Source: Candidatus Woesearchaeota archaeon (GTDB lineage: Archaea; Nanobdellota; Nanobdellia; Woesearchaeales; UBA12501). From it: a stretch of DNA of 37,271 bases. The stretch lies in the NCBI GenBank assembly GCA_014729495.1, contig WJJV01000048.1:1-37271 (forward strand). The letters are read 5' to 3'. Each line of letters opens with the position of its first letter. Positions within the stretch are counted from its first letter, which is position 1. Position numbers and translations under genes: made by a program. This document shows positions 33,784 through 37,271 of this stretch, piece after piece. The notes beneath the pieces were generated by a model. That model did no database searches, had not been told where the DNA came from, and worked only from the letters and a program-made list of their open reading frames with translations.

Positions 33784-36700
33784 ATGAGTAGTAAAATCAA
33801 ACTTGTTTATATTGTATTATTCTTGATTCTTCTTGTCATAAGTATGAAGTCAGCTTTTGCTCTGCAGGAGGATTTCAATGCTTATGCTTCTCAGAAGACC
33901 CTTTATGCATGTTCCTGTTCTGATCTTGAGAATTCAATAACTATAGAGAACACTGGTGATGTGACCAGTGTATATGAGATAAGCCAGTCAGGCTCAGCAC
34001 TGCCCTACTCAGCTTTCAGTCCTTCCAGGCTGACTCTAAAGCCAGGAGAAAGCAGGAGAATACCTAATTTCATCAGCGCTGAATGCGGAACAGAAGGGAA
34101 TTTTGCCCTCATAACAAGCATAACCACAGAATTCGGCCTTTCAAAGCAGATGGAACAGGCAGTTGATGTGAGGAAGTGCATCAATACTGATGTCATCCAG
34201 ACAGAACAGCCAAGCGATGTCTGCCCTTGCAAACCTGTAAGATACACATTCGTTGTAAAGAATACAGGCGATTTTGTAGAGACATATAATCTGAATGTTA
34301 CACCTTATGCTGAATACATAAGCATAAGCGAAGAAGTGCTTGTTCTAGGTCCAGGAAAAAGTGAAGAGATATATGTTTTTGTAGCAACACCCTGCGGGAT
34401 ATATGGCGAGCTTGATTTTGTTCTCAGGGTTGAAGCACAGACCAATGAGATGATCGCGGAGCTTCCTTTCAGTCTCAATATAAATCCCTGCTATGATTAC
34501 TCAATAAGTTCAGCAGACAGCTACTCTGTCTGCAAGGACATAAGGAATTCCGTCCCTGTCACAATAACCAACAATGCTGATGTGGCCAATAGTTATTTCC
34601 TTAACACCAACAGCCAATGGGCATTCTTTGATTCAGGTGTGGTCAGCCTGGCAAAGAAGCAGGCAACAAATGTGAATGTAACAGTCTACCCTTCAGCTGT
34701 GCCAGAGGGATTATATAATATAACCTTCAATGCTGTTTCAGAGAGAGGCCAGCTTCCTGTAGACAAGTCAGTCTCAGTAAGTGTTGAGAACTGCTATTCA
34801 ATACATCTAACTACAGACCCTGCGCCTCAGCTTGTGAGCTGCGAACAGTATATAGCTAACGGCCATGCCAGTAATGACGGCACAAGAGCAAGCAGATACT
34901 CATTCTCTCTTTTCGGAGAAGAGTGGGCAAGCCTCGGAAAGCAGGAAGCTGTTGTCAATCCAGGAACCACAGAGGATGTGCCTGTAATGCTTAATGTTCC
35001 GTGCAATGTAACAGGAGAGCACGAGTTTGTGCTGAGAGCAAATGTTACCAATTTCCCTGAGAAAGTGGTGCAGGATTCATTCCTTGTGGGAGTCACTTCA
35101 ATAGAGGATGCCTACAAGATAGAGGTAAACAGCATAGAAGACGATCTTGAAGTGGATTATGCAGGCGGAACTCACGAGATAACCTTGACAAATCTTGGCA
35201 TAAGGAACAGCACATATGACATACTGTTTCAGGGAAACCATTCCTGGATAGGGCTTGACAGGACAAGGATAATGATACCTGCAGGAGGAACAGAATCAGT
35301 CAACATGATCTCTACTCCAACAAACGAGACTCCTGAAGGAACATATGACATTTCACTCACAGCAATACCCTTGGGCAAGGAAATAGGATATGAGAGAGAA
35401 TTCAGCCTGAAGCTCAGGGAGAAGACATTATGGGAGAAATTTGTAGACAGCTGGCCTTACCTGCTTGCAGGAGTGCTGCTTCTGGTGCTGCTGACACTTG
35501 CACTTCTTCTCTTGAACAAGAGAAGAAGCAAAGAGGATGAAAAGTTCTGGCAGGAGGTTGAAGGAGAACCATCAAGGATCATCCCAGAGGAGAAAGAAGA
35601 CAAGCTTCTTGAAGTTGACAATAAGGAAAGGAAATGGCTGAAATGGCTTATCATAATAGGATTGCTGCTGCTCATACTTGGAGCATTAGGGGCAGGAGTA
35701 TACTTCCTCACATCATATCTGGCATCAGATAGCACCAACATGACAGATCAGGCATCAAACCAGACAGGCATGCCTTATCAGGATTCAGAATGGAACCAGA
35801 CACAGGAGATGAATCAGACACAAGAGCCAGGACTGCTATCCTCAGTCTGGAACTGGATTTTCGGAGATGAAGAGACAGAGCAGGAGGATTCTGCAGAAGA
35901 CTCTGCTGAGAGTAAGGATGATTCACAGGGACTGCTGGAAAGCGCAACAATATATGTGAACAGGACAGGACTTGAAGGAGAAGGAGATATCATAGAGATA
36001 AAGGATACAGAGAATATCACAATCCCCCTTACAATACAGAACAACTATGAGCCCAACACATTCAGGATAAGAGTGAATGAGGATGTTGACTGGATAAGCG
36101 TTGATCAGGAGAATATTGAGATAGCTCCTGATGATAAAGGGACCGTGAACATAATAGTTACACCTGATGAGAATGTTGAGCAGGGAAACTACAGGATAAA
36201 CATCAAGATTGATGTTGAAGGAAAGCAGAAACCAATATCAGAGGAGATTGTTCTGAAGGTAAGCAAGGATGAACCATTCTATATAAAATACCTGTGGTAC
36301 CTTATCGCTGCTCTGATTGTTCTTGCAGTGCTGGCGGGCATAGCAGGAGCAGGAGAATGGAAGCAAAGGAGGGATGCCGCAGCTCTTGAGCCTGTTGCTG
36401 AAGAGAAAAAGAAGCCAAAGGAAAAGAAGAGAGCCATGAAAGAAGAGGAGGAAACAGAAGGCAGGCCATGGCTCAAGTATGCCATTCTTGGAATAATCAT
36501 AATTCTTGTGCTGGCAGGCATTGTGTATGCAGGATTGTATGCGTTCAGCTCAGTAGGGTCATTGTATGGGGAAAAAGGATCAGGCAATGAGACAGCAAAC
36601 CAGACAGGCGTGCAGACAGATGATGCAGAAAGCAATGTTTCAGATGAGACAGGAGATATAGAAGAACAGATGGCAGAGGAAATTGAAGATTTCCAGGAGC

Positions 36701-37203
36701 CTGAGATTGAGGCAGAAGAGCCTGAGATAAAATATGAGGATGTATTTGTGCAGAAAGGTGTTGAGACCGTAATCCCGCTTAAGATAAGAAATGCTAATGA
36801 GACAGCAACATTCAAGATAAAGGTCAATGAAGATATAGAATGGATAACTGTGGACAGCAACGAGGTTCAGATATCCCCAAATGAGAATGCGACAGTCAAC
36901 CTTCTTGCATCTCCAGACAGTGATGTGGAGGATGGGGACTATATGGTATCTGTGAATGTAGAAGTGAGCGGAGAGGAAAAGCAGTTCACACAGGGATTCA
37001 TACTCAATGTGGGAAAGAGCAGGTTCTCAGCATTCTGGTCCTATCTGCTTTATGCTCTTGCAGGAATTATCCTGCTGGCCATAGCAATTGGTGTCCTGAA
37101 CAGGATGGAAAAGGGAAAAGAACCTGAAGAAGAAAAAGAGAAGGAAACTAAGGATAAGAAGCAGGCAAAGGGAAAGAAGAAGACAGGCATAAAGCTCAAG
37201 TGA
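33784..37203 (+). CDS. Large cell-surface glycoprotein with Ig-like (CARDB/NPCBM-associated-type) repeats and five TM helices
   Basis: Signal peptide, repeated I(E/T)NTG..Y..L.PG beta-sandwich units, many N-x-S/T sequons. TMs near 35458, 35644, 36289, 36478, 37039; Lys-rich tail. Confidence 0.85.
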   Translation: MSSKIKLVYIVLFLILLVISMKSAFALQEDFNAYASQKTLYACSCSDLENSITIENTGDVTSVYEISQSGSALPYSAFSPSRLTLKPGESRRIPNFISAECGTEGNFALITSITTEFGLSKQMEQAVDVRKCINTDVIQTEQPSDVCPCKPVRYTFVVKNTGDFVETYNLNVTPYAEYISISEEVLVLGPGKSEEIYVFVATPCGIYGELDFVLRVEAQTNEMIAELPFSLNINPCYDYSISSADSYSVCKDIRNSVPVTITNNADVANSYFLNTNSQWAFFDSGVVSLAKKQATNVNVTVYPSAVPEGLYNITFNAVSERGQLPVDKSVSVSVENCYSIHLTTDPAPQLVSCEQYIANGHASNDGTRASRYSFSLFGEEWASLGKQEAVVNPGTTEDVPVMLNVPCNVTGEHEFVLRANVTNFPEKVVQDSFLVGVTSIEDAYKIEVNSIEDDLEVDYAGGTHEITLTNLGIRNSTYDILFQGNHSWIGLDRTRIMIPAGGTESVNMISTPTNETPEGTYDISLTAIPLGKEIGYEREFSLKLREKTLWEKFVDSWPYLLAGVLLLVLLTLALLLLNKRRSKEDEKFWQEVEGEPSRIIPEEKEDKLLEVDNKERKWLKWLIIIGLLLLILGALGAGVYFLTSYLASDSTNMTDQASNQTGMPYQDSEWNQTQEMNQTQEPGLLSSVWNWIFGDEETEQEDSAEDSAESKDDSQGLLESATIYVNRTGLEGEGDIIEIKDTENITIPLTIQNNYEPNTFRIRVNEDVDWISVDQENIEIAPDDKGTVNIIVTPDENVEQGNYRINIKIDVEGKQKPISEEIVLKVSKDEPFYIKYLWYLIAALIVLAVLAGIAGAGEWKQRRDAAALEPVAEEKKKPKEKKRAMKEEEETEGRPWLKYAILGIIIILVLAGIVYAGLYAFSSVGSLYGEKGSGNETANQTGVQTDDAESNVSDETGDIEEQMAEEIEDFQEPEIEAEEPEIKYEDVFVQKGVETVIPLKIRNANETATFKIKVNEDIEWITVDSNEVQISPNENATVNLLASPDSDVEDGDYMVSVNVEVSGEEKQFTQGFILNVGKSRFSAFWSYLLYALAGIILLAIAIGVLNRMEKGKEPEEEKEKETKDKKQAKGKKKTGIKLK

Positions 37204-37271
37204 GCCATTGGTTATTCATCAGATTCTAGCTTAATATGATTCAGTGATAGAAATCATGTCAAAAGGAAGAA

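Noticed and set aside
37256-37271. Possible start of a further ORF (ATGTCAAAAGGAAGA)
   Set aside because: Only five codons before the window ends; cannot be supported.

Overview
Chromosomal window from an archaeon, most likely a DPANN/Woesearchaeota-type lineage (lineage is inference). The archaeal assignment rests on RadA, RadB, RPA, Topo VI A/B, uS2, MBF1, RIO1, Dim2-type KH protein, TATA/BRE promoters and BHB-type tRNA introns. The standout feature is a giant gene that is open to the left edge of the window (at least 2477 codons, <3..7436). It strings together eight apparently intact bacterial-type cell-wall enzyme domains: Amidase_3, C39-like peptidase, two M15 Zn-peptidases, GH73/lysozyme-like glycosidase, NlpC/P60, NAGPA phosphodiester glycosidase and a divergent polysaccharide deacetylase, plus two FN3 domains. 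This amounts to a peptidoglycan-dismantling toolkit in one polypeptide, in an organism that should lack peptidoglycan. Also present: a tRNA-Arg(UCU) split by three BHB introns; a tRNA-Cys whose intron carries a C/D-box/K-turn-like motif; an RPA gene with no canonical start codon for its conserved N-terminus; two structured 5' leaders (small SSB-like gene/radA and rps2); an IS200/IS605-end-like nested hairpin cluster; a glycosyltransferase cluster; an Fe-S/tRNA-thiolation operon; and a five-TM Ig-repeat surface protein. No CRISPR array, rRNA, integrase or transposase was seen. All domain calls come from motif reading by eye, not database searches.
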